A DNA stretch of 64,000 nucleotides from the NCBI GenBank assembly GCA_904063045.1, contig CAJFCJ010000020.1, positions 1,542,916 to 1,606,915 on the forward strand, in the 5' to 3' direction. Of the stretch, positions 1 through 13,127 are shown piece after piece. This DNA is from Dimorphilus gyrociliatus. Its lineage: Eukaryota; Animalia; Annelida. The position numbers were made by a program, and so were the translations under genes. The stretch's first letter is position 1, and each line of letters starts with the position of its first letter. The notes under the pieces were generated by a model. It made no database searches and was not told the origin of the DNA. It saw only the letters and a program-made list of their open reading frames with translations.

Positions 1-3000
1 CGGGAGAGGGTTCTCTTGCTCCAGTAAAGATTAAAGGAACTTTGTTATTGGGCCACATGTCATTGATCAATCTGTTGAAGTTATTTGTAAATTAAATGAT
101 TTATTATAAAGTTTTCATTAAAATATAAACCTACCGTATGAGCATGAGTGTATTCTTTTCATTGTCAATACAAGGCATAAATGAGTTTCTTATTGCAATT
201 ACTATTGCCTCATCTTCATCTTCTCCGTTAAACTCTTCCAACAAGATACCTGCTTCCATAGCTATTGCTTTCAGAGCTAGCTGTGACGGTCTAATATCAT
301 CTATTAAGTCTCTTATCAGTTCTAATAGATTGGTTGTCTTTCTCGCCAATTGCGAGGCATTTTCAAAACCCTGAGATGTTAAAAGAACTTCTGTGTATAG
401 TCGTAGATTTGGCGGAACAAGTGATACCACTCTAAAATGATCCAAAAGCTCAGCTGGAAGTGGAACAACTTTTGGAGCTGAAATATTTTTTCCAGGTGGT
501 AGACCAAGAACAGATGATTTGTCGAATACTTTTTTTGTGTCCATAAGAGCGAAGCATGCTCCTAGTTTATTAAATGGTACATCCATTGATTCAATGTGGA
601 CACTTGACTTTTCCTCTTTGTATGCTTCTCTTATAGCATCAAGTAACTGGGCAAACGTTGCTAGAACGGGAACAGGTATAAGATTGATTTTATTCCAAGC
701 CATCCACGCTCCTGCACCACAAAAACCCTTGAAAACATTATATAACAGAGCAGAAGTGGTGTCTGAACAACAACTCATAACATAAAGAGGTCTGCCAAGA
801 GATCTTGCCAATTCCGTAACTGTTTCTAGCTTTCCGGACCCCTCTTCACCAATTAACAGTCCACCAAGTTGCCCTGCTATGGCTTGAGCCATATGAAGAA
901 ACACCCTCTCGGTGTGAGGAGTTAAAATTTGCCTTTGAGCTGAGCCCATGTATTCAAATCCATATTCTAATTCAACATCGTGAACTCTAATGACAACTGA
1001 ACGGTTTCCTTCGTTGAAGGAATACAAGAATTGAGATGTCCAAAGGAAAGAGTTATTTATATTTGAGTTTCCTGCTTTTTGTTCTTCTTTTATTCTTTCA
1101 AGGAGATTTTTATGATGAGTTAATAAAGCAATTATGGACTGAATTTTATGTAACTGAGCTGGCAATAGCATTAATTTAATTTCTTTATCATCAATAACTT
1201 CCTCTTCTTCCTCGTTGTCCTTTTCAGAAATAAGAGGAGGTTCTAATGCTGTAAGAGTCATAGTTGTTTCGCCTTTTTCAGGCGACTTTTTAGACTTTTC
1301 TTCACCTTCTGGATCTTCTTTTTCTTCATTTTCTTCCTGCTTTTCTTCTTGATCTTTAGCCTCTTCCTGCTCCCTTTTAGCTCTCTCTTCTTCACCTTCC
1401 GCTCCCTTAAGCATAAGAACAGTGTGGCGGATATTCTCTTCAACTAAAGTTAAAGATTCATCAATACTATCCGGTTTACCTCCGTCCAAATTCTCCACAG
1501 TTTCGGTGGCTGATTGAGATAATTCTATCAACTTGGAGAGGTATATAATTTCTGTAACATGATTTAGTAACAAAGAACCAGCCTCTTCTACTTCTGGTTC
1601 TTCTTCTTTTTCCTCAATGGCAGGAGTCTTTTGACCAGTTGTTGGAGTTTTTTGACCAGTTGCGGGAGTCTTCCTTCCCGCTGCCGTACTTGCTCTTCCA
1701 GCAGTACTCGATCTGCCAATGGCTGGAGGTGGCACTGTTTGAATTATTTTCTTTTTCTTAGGTCTAATTCGTCTAAATTCTGGAATTGGTTCCAGTTGAA
1801 GAGCTGTAACCATTTGGCCAACAAGACTCTTTCTCATTCCCTTAAATAATTGTAGTAACCAAGTTTCAACTGGAGAATCAGTTAAAACTGGTTTTTCTAT
1901 GGGTAAGCGCTCACCAAGAGCAGATAAAACAGACGTTATTTTCGATCCAAATTTATCTTCATCTGTAAGAATTTCGTGTTCAATTCCACCAATTCCTTCA
2001 AATAGTTTGTTAAGATATTTAGCAGCTTCGGAAACATCATAACCATTGGCAACAATATGAAAGACATCCGGAAGAGAAAGGAAAAAAAACCTTGGAAATT
2101 TTTGACGCCTCCTCTCGATATGTCTCAACAGAGCGTTATAGCATTTTTCAAAAGTGTTAACAAGCCTTTCAAGTAAGCTTGCAACATGTTTACGTTCGCA
2201 ACATTGTAAGACATTCGAATTCTTTTCCGTTGCTTTCATCAATAATCTAAAATCTTTACTTGCTGTTGCGAAATGTGCTGAATCAGTCGGTAAAGCAGTT
2301 CGAACATCTTGAGAGGAATAAGCTTCCTCCAATTCGACCCAGTATTTTTGGGCTTTTAGCCAATCAGAAAGTACCGATTCAATTGTATGAAGGCGGCGTT
2401 GCCACTTGAGGACCTCATCAAGAAAGCTACCAGCAGCAGAGGATGTTTGCATAGCTTGTAAAGACACTTGATGATTTTCCAATTCATCTAGTATTGGATC
2501 AGTATTGGTGAGTAAGTATACAGCTCCAGTATCCTAAAATTATTGATAGGTAAGAATTTAACAAATTAAATGAGATTTATCTATAAACTTACGTCAACAT
2601 TTAGCATAGAAGCAGGTAAAGATGATACAGAAGCCTTTCGCATTCTAGAGGCTGTTGTACCAGACATTCGTGAATATTGTCTTGATCCTCTCTCAGGTTG
2701 TGAAACTTCACTAAAAGTATCACCTTCTCTATTATTAGATTCTTTGGTCGACGATTCATAATGAGCAATAAGTGCTCGATTTCTAGCATGTTCTTTTAAT
2801 TCTAATAATTTACCTAACCAAATTTCCTCATACGTTTTCAATGTCTTCTCAACTGTGAGATCTTTCACAGCTCTTTGGACAATAGCACGAACATCTTCTG
2901 AATGTCTGTGTAAATTCATACCTAACAATTCACCAAATGTCATTTTCTTCAATTTTTCATTGTCAACCTATCAAAAATTAAATAAATTATATTCCTATAT

Positions 3001-6000
3001 AAAAATTGTACTAAAGTTACATGAAGAGCTCCTCCTGTAACTCGAACAAGTTGTTTCCAATGTCTAGTTCTCATAGCTGGATTGCCTAATAGTTCAACAA
3101 GTGGGAGACCGGCATGAACATTTGAAACATTTTCGTGAAGCCCCACATAAACGTCCCAGGCAAACACATCATCAGGTAAATTGTGAATAAGTTCCATTTG
3201 TTTAGTAATTTCATTATGCAATAGTTGAGTATCAACTTTAGTCCAACGTAATTTTTTCCATTCATTTTGCTCTTCTTCAATACTTTTTACCCTTTTCCAT
3301 ACAATTCTCAAGTTATTTAATAAGGTAGAACAGTTCGGTATTATTTGAAAATTTACAACATCACTTTCAAGTAATTGCTGCAATTCCTGCAGATCGGATG
3401 CTTCTTTTTCTAAGAGATCCGCTCTCATAGTTAATCTATAATTCAATTGATAAAATTTAGGATAAAACAATGATCATGTTAAAATAAAATGATCTAATTA
3501 CCTATCAACAGTTTTCAAAGCATCATCAAAGTGAATTTCTCGATGATAGACGTCACTTGCTAAAATATCTCTTTGGAGACTTTTTAGCTTTTCAGAGAAA
3601 ACATTTAAGTCTTCCGTAATGATTGTAGATTGCTGTTGAATTCTTGGTCCAAGTCTTTGTTTGGCCAGAGAAACTTTCGTCTTCAGGCTGGCCCAACGAG
3701 ATGGTGCTGCCTCAAACAAGTCAAAAGTTGGTTTCGGTAGATGATAACCATACTTTTTCACCAATAAAACGGTTCTATGCATTGCTGCAAATTTTGCATC
3801 CATATCTGCCTGTTTTGCTGCAACGCTATTGAACAATCTCATTAGTTTCATAAAAGAGTTTGTGTCCGATTCTTCGCCCGAAATTGCTTCAATTTCTGGC
3901 TCTATCCTACATAGCCATTCATCCAGTTCCATTAGCATAGTTGACACCTGATTGACGAGATAAGAAACAAAAATCCACATCCATTTTGATGCTAGTGTTA
4001 ACAAGACTTGTTTTATAGGTCTCATGTCAACTTCTATGAATCCGATAGATTCGCTATCAGATATTCTAGAAATTTCATCCTTGGCTGTTCTATGCATATC
4101 TATCTCAGTATCAAACTGATCCAAAGTTGGCACTTGAGGATTATCTTTTGATAAGAAAGCTTGTTCTCCTGTACCTATAAGACCTGACTCGACAATAGAA
4201 GAAGTTGACGATGTTGATCTTACTGCAAGTCTCACCGAACTAGATGCTGAAAGTACTCTTCTTGCCGAACCTTCCCTCCTAACATTTGGATGAATGTCTC
4301 CTTTTAGGAATTCCTTGAACGTTTCATGAACGTCTTGCATCCAAAGGAACGAAAACTGATTGAATGTTGCTTGCAATTTTGAGCATTCATCGCAGTTGTC
4401 TCTAACAATTCTCTTAATTTGACTTATCTTACTTTGCAGATCCGAATCGTGTCTTATAAAGTCTTCAAATGTATGTTCTCGGTCACTAAGCATGTAAACG
4501 TATGATCCTCTTTCTAGGTAGGATTCAATCCAAGAGTTTATTGTTTCAGGCACACTTTTTGAAGCAGTTGCAACATCCAAAGGAGGTCTAAAAGCTACCT
4601 GATTATCAATTAATTCTAATCTGATAGATATAACTGGAGCTCCTATAACATCAGGTTCACAGCACATTGCAAATTCAGTAATCATGGCTTTAATGCTACA
4701 ATCACATGCAGCTTTTAGTCCGTTAAGTACCTGAGTATCTATAAAATCAACGTAAGCTTGCCACGCGGGAGACGCTTCGCTTATTTGAACTACTTCAAAT
4801 GATTCTTTAAGAAGGGCATGAATTTTCATACCTCCGGTAACTATAGAACTCCTTGCAGAATCGCTTATATGGGATTGTTTAGAAACAAGATAATCGACAC
4901 TTAAAGCTTCAGGATCTCTATCACTAAAAACATCTAAAGATAATCCAAGCCAACTGGTGGTTATGTCGATGACAGCTTCATAGTTGCTCTCAACTATATC
5001 CAAAACATCATGAAATTGATGACAAACGAGGCTAGTTGCATCTTCAATATAATCGGCACTCTGAACTGTCCTCCAAGTATACGAATGAAGACCGTCTTCA
5101 AGGATTCCATCAATTTTCGTTAATGTCCTCTCCATCAAAGATTTTGTTTGGGGTGTCAACATTTTCATGGCAGAATTATACTTTGATGAAATGGTATGTA
5201 GTCTTGTGGCTGTTAAAGATAGTTCAGATGCGTCAACATCTCTAACAAGATGACGTATATGTCTTGGTATCTTTAGATCTAATGGACTACTAGTCAGATG
5301 TTTAACTTCTCTCAACAATTTTAACAATGTAGGATCAAGATTTACATGAATCATTAATGGTCGATCTAATTCATCATCTTCAAATGGGTCGGTACGGAGA
5401 AGTGGTTCGCGAAGGCGTTCAGCTAATTCCTTGGAAATACGTTCCTCCCAATCTTTTGCAGTATCTGCTTCATATTTCTCAATATCATTGATAAGATCAT
5501 TATAAGCGTCACGCAAAGCCCATCCCGAATCTCCATTTAAGACATGAGAGCATACACGACGCATTCTCGACATTGGTTCTTGAATTCTCTGCCTAATAGC
5601 CCATGCCCAGAGTAAACTTGAAGAGGTTTTAGGCGTGTTAACATGCTGAGGAGGATTATCTTTGTTAGCTTGGAACATTTCTTTCACATTAATTAATTCA
5701 TCTGTTAAACTTCTTGCAAGTGTTTCATCTTTATCCTGAAAAAAAATCGAATCAAATTAAATATTAACATTATACCAATTCTTAAGTTTCACATACTTTC
5801 AATTCTAGTCGAACGTGTTCTCTTTCACTAACTCCTTCAAATACTTCTAATAATCTCAGTTGAGCGTATAAAGTGGGGCAGTGTAAGAAGGCTGATCGAA
5901 GAACACTGGCTAATTTTCTCTCTAGATCTCTAACGCTCATTCGTAAATGGAAGAAAGCTTTGTTGAATGTTGGTGAAAAAGTATCAAGAACATCGTCGAC

Positions 6001-8398
6001 TTTTGAGAAGAACTCGTTGGTTGATTCGACATATCTCTCATGTATTTCTTTAACGAGTGCGTCCAGAGACCTACTTCCGGCACCTCCAACTTTGGCAGCA
6101 TCAGCTAAAAGTGAGAAATGTCTTGTTGTTTGAACCAATTCGAGCACGTCATTACATCTTTCCATGAAAGCGTTGAGATTGGAGAAGCATGGGGCGTTTC
6201 TTGGCGGCCAAGGAGAGTCCGATTTTGTATCATTGTCTCCTGTTTTTGATTTTTCCTCTGAAAATAATCAATTACACGATATTTATTAAATCATAGATAA
6301 ATCAAAGCAACACTCAATTTTACCTCTTCCGCTATTGAAGCTTGGTTTATAAGCATGTGGTCCGTACATCTTGGTTGTAAAGAGGCCACTAGATAGGGAT
6401 GGTCTGAATACGTAATCGTCTTTTCTTTGTAGTTTGTTTCGTTCATTTATTTCATGTGCTCGGTCCCTCTCATCTAGGTATTTACCTCTCCAGGAAGCAC
6501 AGACGCGAAGGGCAGAGCTCAACTTGGAATGAGATGTAACAGGATCCTTAAGAACTTCTTGCCCAACGATACATCTAGCCCTAATAACAACATGATTAGA
6601 GATTAGAGTTAGCAAATGCTGGAGTCTTTCGGGGGCATGGTAGTAGGGCGAGTTTTGCCAAATTAACAAAAGAACATGCATTGAGGGTGCCGCCAATTTC
6701 ATTAATCGATCCACATTTTCACAAGAATCGAGTTCAAGCACCCAACGTTTTATGGTGTGGAGTAGAGTTAGATTTTCTGTAACAAAATGAAAGTGCCCTT
6801 CCATTTCCTCTTGAACTCCAGCAAAGGAGTGTGCGTAAACGCTCTGGGCTTGGAAAAGATTATGAAGAATGTCCACACCCATTGATCCTTTTAGTTGGTC
6901 ATTTATTGATTGCAGGAGACGTAATTTATTTTGCCAAAATCTAATCTCATCAAGAATTGTTGGTAAGTTATGCTTTGAGCTTACCTCCATGACTGCATCT
7001 TGCTTCAATACAGCCTGTATAACACAATAGACAAAAGATATTACTTTTGTTTTAAAATTTGACTCTTATTTAAGTTCATACAAACATGAATTTGTTTCAT
7101 CCAGAGTATAACTGTGGATTCTAATACATGGATAACAGCCAGTCTTCTATTCGGATTTGCCGCCGCCTCTTGAAGAACGGATATGGATGGCAATGGTAGA
7201 TAGATTTCACCCAACGAATGGCCTTGGGCTATTTCAACATGAGCCATAAGCCTATGAAGCACATCTAATAGTTTATCAGCATTAACTCCAAGATCGTTAG
7301 CATTTTTCGCATCCGAACATAGCAGTGGAAGAAATACTTCACGGCAGAGCATCTCGACATGTTCCAATGAATTAGGTGAGCAGTCCATAAACATTATTTC
7401 ATTATCTAAATTATGCTTTGTAATAGTAACGCCTGTACTAGCTTTCAGGAAAAATATTGCCTTATTTTGTATAGAATTTGGAGGATTGAGAGATGCTATC
7501 AATTTTTTATTAGGCCTAGTGACTACGAATAGTTTTCGGATGTCTTCATTGGTAAAAAATGTATGGAAAGCTAACCTGTGAAATTGAACATTTGCATTAA
7601 AATATGATGATAGATTAAAGAGGTAAAAATTGGGGAAGGAAAGTCCCCATTGATTTGAATTTGATAGAATAAAGATTCAATGGGAATAGGAACTTTAAAC
7701 TCAATTAGATCTATTTCCCAAACCGAATTAACTAATTTGCCATTTGACTAGAGGTCTAAAGTCACTATTTAATTACTATAAATTAATAATCTAAATAAGA
7801 AACCTGAATTCAAAAATAATGAAAGCCCATTGACTATCTTGATAAAATAAAAGTCAAATTATATATTTATAATTAACGGTCCATTTCCCCATCTTCTTGA
7901 AATCTATAATTATTTAGACCAGAATGAAAAATAACAAAAATAGATATTTAGATTTAATTAAGGTATTCTTTTTTAGAATCAAAAAATTCGATTTTTTTTC
8001 CCTTAACATTCTAATAGGTTTATTTTCCCCTTTATATTTCTATATTTATAGATATTTTAGAGAAATGTATAAACTTATCCTTATTTAAATCAATTAGTTA
8101 GAAATTTAATATTCAATTATTCTGTATTCACTAGTAAATTCATTAATTTAATTTTTTTTTTAAAGAATTTTACTGCATAGGTGCCCCGTCTATAATTTTC
8201 GGCTGCTACAAAATAAAACTTAGGCCTACTTTAATGACAACCAAGGTAAAATTAAATAAGTATAGATTTTTGATAATATCCTTACCGATTATCATCATCA
8301 GCGATCATATTTTTAAGTTCTTCATTCCTTGGTTTCAGGGAAGAGGCTATCCTTGCCTCTAACCATTTGATTTTTTCGTCAACTTCCAAAGTAGACAT
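1..8398 (-). CDS. Axonemal-type dynein heavy chain-like protein (N-terminal tail, DHC_N1, DHC_N2/linker, AAA1); multi-exon, continues off the left edge of the window
   Basis: First exon 8398-8286 (MSTLEVDEKIKWLEARIASSLKP..., donor CG|GTAAG) splices in phase 2 to the exon starting at 7575 (G TTA GCT TTC...). ORFs 7041-7502, 6286-7008, 5782-6165, 3498-5687, 2949-3470, 2581-2952 and 131-2482 are further exons. Dynein motifs: EIRFWQNK, LLGNPAMRTRHWKQL, RRQKFPRFFFLS, LEYGFEYMGSAQRQILTPHTER, P-loop GEEGSGKLET. Confidence 0.9.
1615..1725 (-). repeat. Short coding tandem repeat (21-nt unit, KTP[A/T]TGQ) inside the dynein linker insert
   Basis: + strand shows repeated tttgaccagttg with ggagt spacers; protein GRSSTAGRASTAAGRKTPATGQKTPTTGQKTPAI. 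Confidence 0.8.
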
Positions 8399-8989
8399 AA
8401 CGAGTATAATATTTGATAAACGAAATTAAAAAACTCTAATGATAATCATAAATATTCTTAGTATTCATAAGAAAGTTTGATTTATTCGAAAAATATATTT
8501 ATTGCTAAAATAATCAACAATCTTTTTCAAATTCCAGTAAAATTCATCGCCATGTTGTTAGTTGCGGCGTTGTTATGGGGACGATCTAGGCCTGATCATA
8601 GAAATAAAATACGGTCGTCTTTCTTTTGTTGTCCCCCTAATAGATATTTATGTTTAAAATATGATGTTTAGAGGCTAAAAAATATTTAATAAAAAAATAT
8701 AAATATATTATTAAAATAATAGTGAAATGAAATAGATCCAAAGATACGTTTACAGTACTGCATTTGAGCAATCAACCATAGTAGGCCTAATATTCAATAC
8801 ATCTTGTCTTAATACTAGTAAATAATTATTTTTATCTTTAAATGATTAAGTAAGTAAAAATGAGGATTACATCATTATTTATAATTATAATGGCAGTACA
8901 AATAAAAAATGGAGCATTATCGATATAATTTACAATTTTGTTTTTGATTCTCCTATATCATATATAATAAGTTATTTGCTTATTACAGG

Positions 8990-10042
8990 ATGGGTGATGA
9001 ATATTACTCAACTGTTGTTGATTCGTTCCCATGGACTATTAGGAGGTGCTATTATGATTTAGAAAAAATAGGTTGTAGTTCTCAAAGTCTTGTTTGTTTA
9101 GCGTCTAATGGTCATTTTGGTAAAGTTGCTGTTAAGAAACTAATTAAACCGTTTGATTCGGAAAGCTGTGCTAAAAGATCTTGGAGAGAAATTGTTATTC
9201 ATAAACATTTAGCGAAATCTTCCCATCCACATATCATAGGTCTCATAGAGAGTTTTACTCCCGATTCAGGCCTAGAGTTATTTAATAATGTATATATTGT
9301 CACCGAATATATTGGCAAAGATTTAGAACAAGCTCTTAAGAAGGTTGGGAAATATGATGAAACAGACGCTTTAAAAATCATTGGCCAAGTTTTGAGTGCC
9401 TTGGCCTATTTACATTCTGCAGGTATATTACATAGAGATCTTAAGCCAAGTAATATTGCCATAAGTGATAATTGCTATGTAAAACTTTTGGATTTCGGTC
9501 TGTCAAGAACAAGCGCTAGTGAAATGTCTGGCTACGTAATAACGAGACCTTACAGAGCTCCAGAGGTAATATGCAATTGGACGCATTATAAGTCAAACGT
9601 AGACGTTTGGAGTGCTGGTTGCATTCTAGCTGAGATGCTTACCGGCGAAATTCTATTTAGAGGAGACACTTTAGTAAAGCATTTCCAAAATATTATAAAA
9701 TTCGTTGGTAAACCAAACGAAACAGTACTTTCTAAAATAATATCTATAAATGCAAGAGAATACATAAAAACACTTCCCGATGAACCACCAGTCAATATGA
9801 ATGAATATTTTCATGGAAAACATTACCTTGTAATTGAATTACTCAAAGAAATGCTAAACTTTGATTCCGAAACAAGAACTTCAGCAGTCGATACACTTAA
9901 TCATAAAAGCTTCGACTATTTCAAAGCAAAAGCCTATCAGGCGACTAAAAATTTCTCTTGCCCTATATTAGATTGTCAACTGGAAGAACAATCTAAAAGT
10001 ATTGATGACTGGAAAGAACTAGTTTGGAATATCTGTCAATAA
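8990..10042 (+). CDS. Divergent p38-like MAP kinase, copy 1 (single coding exon, 350 aa)
   Basis: VAVKKL, AKRSWRE, HRDLKPSN, DFGLSR..EMSGYVITRPYRAPE, DVWSAGCILAEM. The KKL..PF.S...AKR..RE and EM[T/S]GYV signatures are p38-type. An acceptor-like ttacag lies immediately before the ATG. Confidence 0.9.
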   Translation: MGDEYYSTVVDSFPWTIRRCYYDLEKIGCSSQSLVCLASNGHFGKVAVKKLIKPFDSESCAKRSWREIVIHKHLAKSSHPHIIGLIESFTPDSGLELFNNVYIVTEYIGKDLEQALKKVGKYDETDALKIIGQVLSALAYLHSAGILHRDLKPSNIAISDNCYVKLLDFGLSRTSASEMSGYVITRPYRAPEVICNWTHYKSNVDVWSAGCILAEMLTGEILFRGDTLVKHFQNIIKFVGKPNETVLSKIISINAREYIKTLPDEPPVNMNEYFHGKHYLVIELLKEMLNFDSETRTSAVDTLNHKSFDYFKAKAYQATKNFSCPILDCQLEEQSKSIDDWKELVWNICQ

Positions 10043-10231
10043 AAAATTTCAGTCCTTAATCTCTTTCACTAATAGATAAAATAATAAGAAAATCATTAAG
10101 AAACAAGAAAGATTACTAACAAATTGACAAGAGAAAAACTATTGTATTTATATTAGAACAATAACAGTTATGTTTAAAATTTAAATCTGCTCACTTGATT
10201 GTTTGGAATGGTTTATCAATAATTATAAGGG

Positions 10232-10232
<1 letters not shown>

Positions 10233-10272
<40 letters not shown>
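10233..10272. repeat. (AG)n microsatellite
   Basis: About 20 consecutive AG units between the converging 3' ends of MAPK copy 1 and SAPCD2. Confidence 0.95.
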
Positions 10273-10276
<4 letters not shown>

Positions 10277-10411
10277 ATAGAGGAAAGAATAACAACACAT
10301 TGATATTAGATAAAAAGATATTTTAAAAAAAAAAAACAGACAAAAAATTTCATAAAATCTAACAAAAACAAACTAAAGAAATGTGTTTAAAAAGTCTGAT
10401 AAAAACCTAAT

Positions 10412-12143
10412 TTACATAAATGTAGAATCGTCTAAGAATATACCTTTTCTACTACATGCTCTTGCCTCGAAAACGTCACGTATTAGAGTTTGTTTTTCAT
10501 TTTCTAGCTGTTCAACTTTTTCAGTCAATTTTTGCATTTGCTGTTTTTATTTTTTTTTAATAAAAAAAATTAGTTGTTAAAATATGAAATTAATAAAAAG
10601 TAGCAAAATGAATAAAACCTGTTCAATCTTATCTTTTTGAGATTTCAAAATTATATATTGATGATGATTATCGTTTGAGACATTATTGGCCTTGTTCGGT
10701 GTTTCGCTAAACGCTAAGTTCATATGTAACGGTAGACCCTGATTAAAAGAATTAAAAAAAAAAACAGGTATTTTAGTCAGCATGAGAAATAGATTTTTCT
10801 TATTTTATAATTGTAGAGATTTATATCAATGAGAAAAATTTCCTTATAGTATAAAATGAATATGCATGATTTCCTATTATTAGCTTAAATTTTAGTATTT
10901 TAATCCTATTCAATATCTAATACGATTAACTATTGAATCAAATATTAACCCAGTGGTAAAAAAGAAAGAAGATTGATATAATAACCTTTTCCGAGCTTAG
11001 TACAAGTGCTTCCAATTGTTGATTCAATTCTTGAATTCTTGCATTCTGTAACTTTAATCTATCTCTACAAGCCTCAATTGACCAATTTTCCTATTTAAAA
11101 GTATAAAAAGAAACTATTCATAATGAAATTGCAAAAAAAGCAATTGAATTTTGTAATAGATAAATACAAACCTTATTCTGTTCAAGACTACCTTGTTTAC
11201 TTTTAATATTTTCTATTTTTGATAAATACCATGATTTTGCTTTTTCAATCTTTTCTAAACCTTTTTCCAATGTTCTACGTTCTTCATCAAGTAATTGAGC
11301 TCTTCTTATCTATAAAATTCATATACACACTTTATTAGACGACTTATACGTACTTAATATAGACTTAATAGCAAAGCCATTTTATCTATATTACCATTCC
11401 ATGGTCGATATTTGAATCATCTCCTCCAACGGTATGTCTCCGAGATTCTCGTGATCTTCTATTCATATAGCTATTGCGGGAATTATTTCTAGGTAGAGTA
11501 CTTTTCATTGCGTGATCTGAAGATGAAAAAATTTCAGTTTATTCTTTAAAAGGTGTTTGAAATGCTTAAAATCAATATATATATTCTTTCTCTTACCAGG
11601 TACTTTAATTGAACTCATGCTTAAAGTTTTAGGAAATTTGGCATCAAACTGAGAGTTGAGAGGCATTGCAGCAAAATCTAAATTGTTGACGGTAGCTTGG
11701 TCACGTTGTCTATGATTATGAGTTAATTGATTACCACCCTTCGTCTTACTGTAGATCATAGAACTTTTGCTTTTTAAAGTTTGTGCATAAGTATTCTCTA
11801 CTGCTTTTTTCGTTTCCAAATCAGATTCGCTAAGAAAACTTTGAAATCCATATTTGACCGGTTCATTGGATTCTTCGTTGATCATTTTCTCTTTATGAAC
11901 TTCTTTAGCGCATACAACTTGTCTAAATGCTTTACATAAACTTTCAAATGTTAAAAAGCCGGCAGATGTAGCAAATTTTCGCAGTTGTATTGTAACAGTT
12001 TTGTCCCCATTCCATCTGGGGGAAATAGCGTCAACGTGAACAAAACCTGTTTTATCTTCATCCAATATCTCGAAAAGGACTCTAATTGATTGCACGAATT
12101 TTTCCGATAGTTTATCGGCAGATTGCAGTGCCTCACTATTCAT
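10412..12143 (-). CDS. SAPCD2: Suppressor APC domain-containing protein 2-like (multi-exon)
   Basis: N-terminus FVQSIRVLFEILDEDKTGFVHVDAISPRW matches the Suppressor_APC domain. The last exon reads ...KVEQLENEKQTLIRDVFEARACSRKGIFLDDSTFM* (stop 10412-10414), matching the SAPCD2 ending. Internal coiled-coil exons lie at roughly 10590-11500. Confidence 0.85.
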
Positions 12144-13127
12144 TTCCTACCCTTTTAATTCTTTAATTTGTAAACAAAATCTCCTAGTCCGCCATCTCAC
12201 TACAAGGTAATCGGAAAATTGTCCCTCAGCGAAATATTGAAAAAAAAATGAAAGCGGAATGGGAACCCATTTTTTCAAATACTCAAATCAATTGTATTGT
12301 CCTTTATTTGTCGGTTAACTTGAAATAAAATCAGCCTATTAATTTATATTTTCAATAAAAACGAAGTTCTTTTGCAATATAATCGTAAAGGTTAGAAAAA
12401 TACTAAAGTGAAAATGAGAATATCGATAAATGTTCATATTTAAAGAAGTACTCCACTCCTTGTCTATATACCCGACACAAAGTCAATATTTGATCATGTT
12501 CAATACAGTCCAATCTGTCTAGAAATTTTAAGCATGAAAACTTTAAAAATATGTAGATCATGAACTGGAAATACCGTAAAATTATATCAAAATAATTTCA
12601 TAGGTCTATAACACCTACACGATAAAACTGACAAATTAAATTAATAAGATAATAACGATTGAATTTGTTTAAACTATTCGTTGTGCAATGTTTCGAACAT
12701 TCGTATAGGAGGAAATACCATAACCATCATAAAATAGGAAGCTCATATTTATTACGTCAGCGAAAGTTATAAACGTAAATTTACTGCATTTAGAATAAAT
12801 CTTGTGTAGGAGGTCTCACGATAGGATAAGAGTGTTTTAAATAACAAACAAGTAAACTGTTAAGCAAAAAAACCAAAAAAATTCGCTTATCTGGTATTTC
12901 TTGAATGAAAGCGCTAGGTTTTTATCATTTTTCGTAGTAAATGAAATGACTCAATAGCTTCCGTTAGAAATAATTCTAGCTTTTTAAATCGAAAACTTCT
13001 GAAAGAAACTGTAATCTTAATAAACTATCATCACTTTATGATAAAACCCAAACTTAAATATAAAAAACAGTATTTATAACTTTGAAAAACCATAATTGTA
13101 TCGTAAACTTATGAATATTTATTAGAT

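Noticed and set aside
8277-8286. ATATCCTT on the + strand resembling a U12 AT-AC donor
   Set aside because: It is the reverse complement of the ordinary GTAAGGATAT donor of dynein intron 1; no + strand gene is present there.
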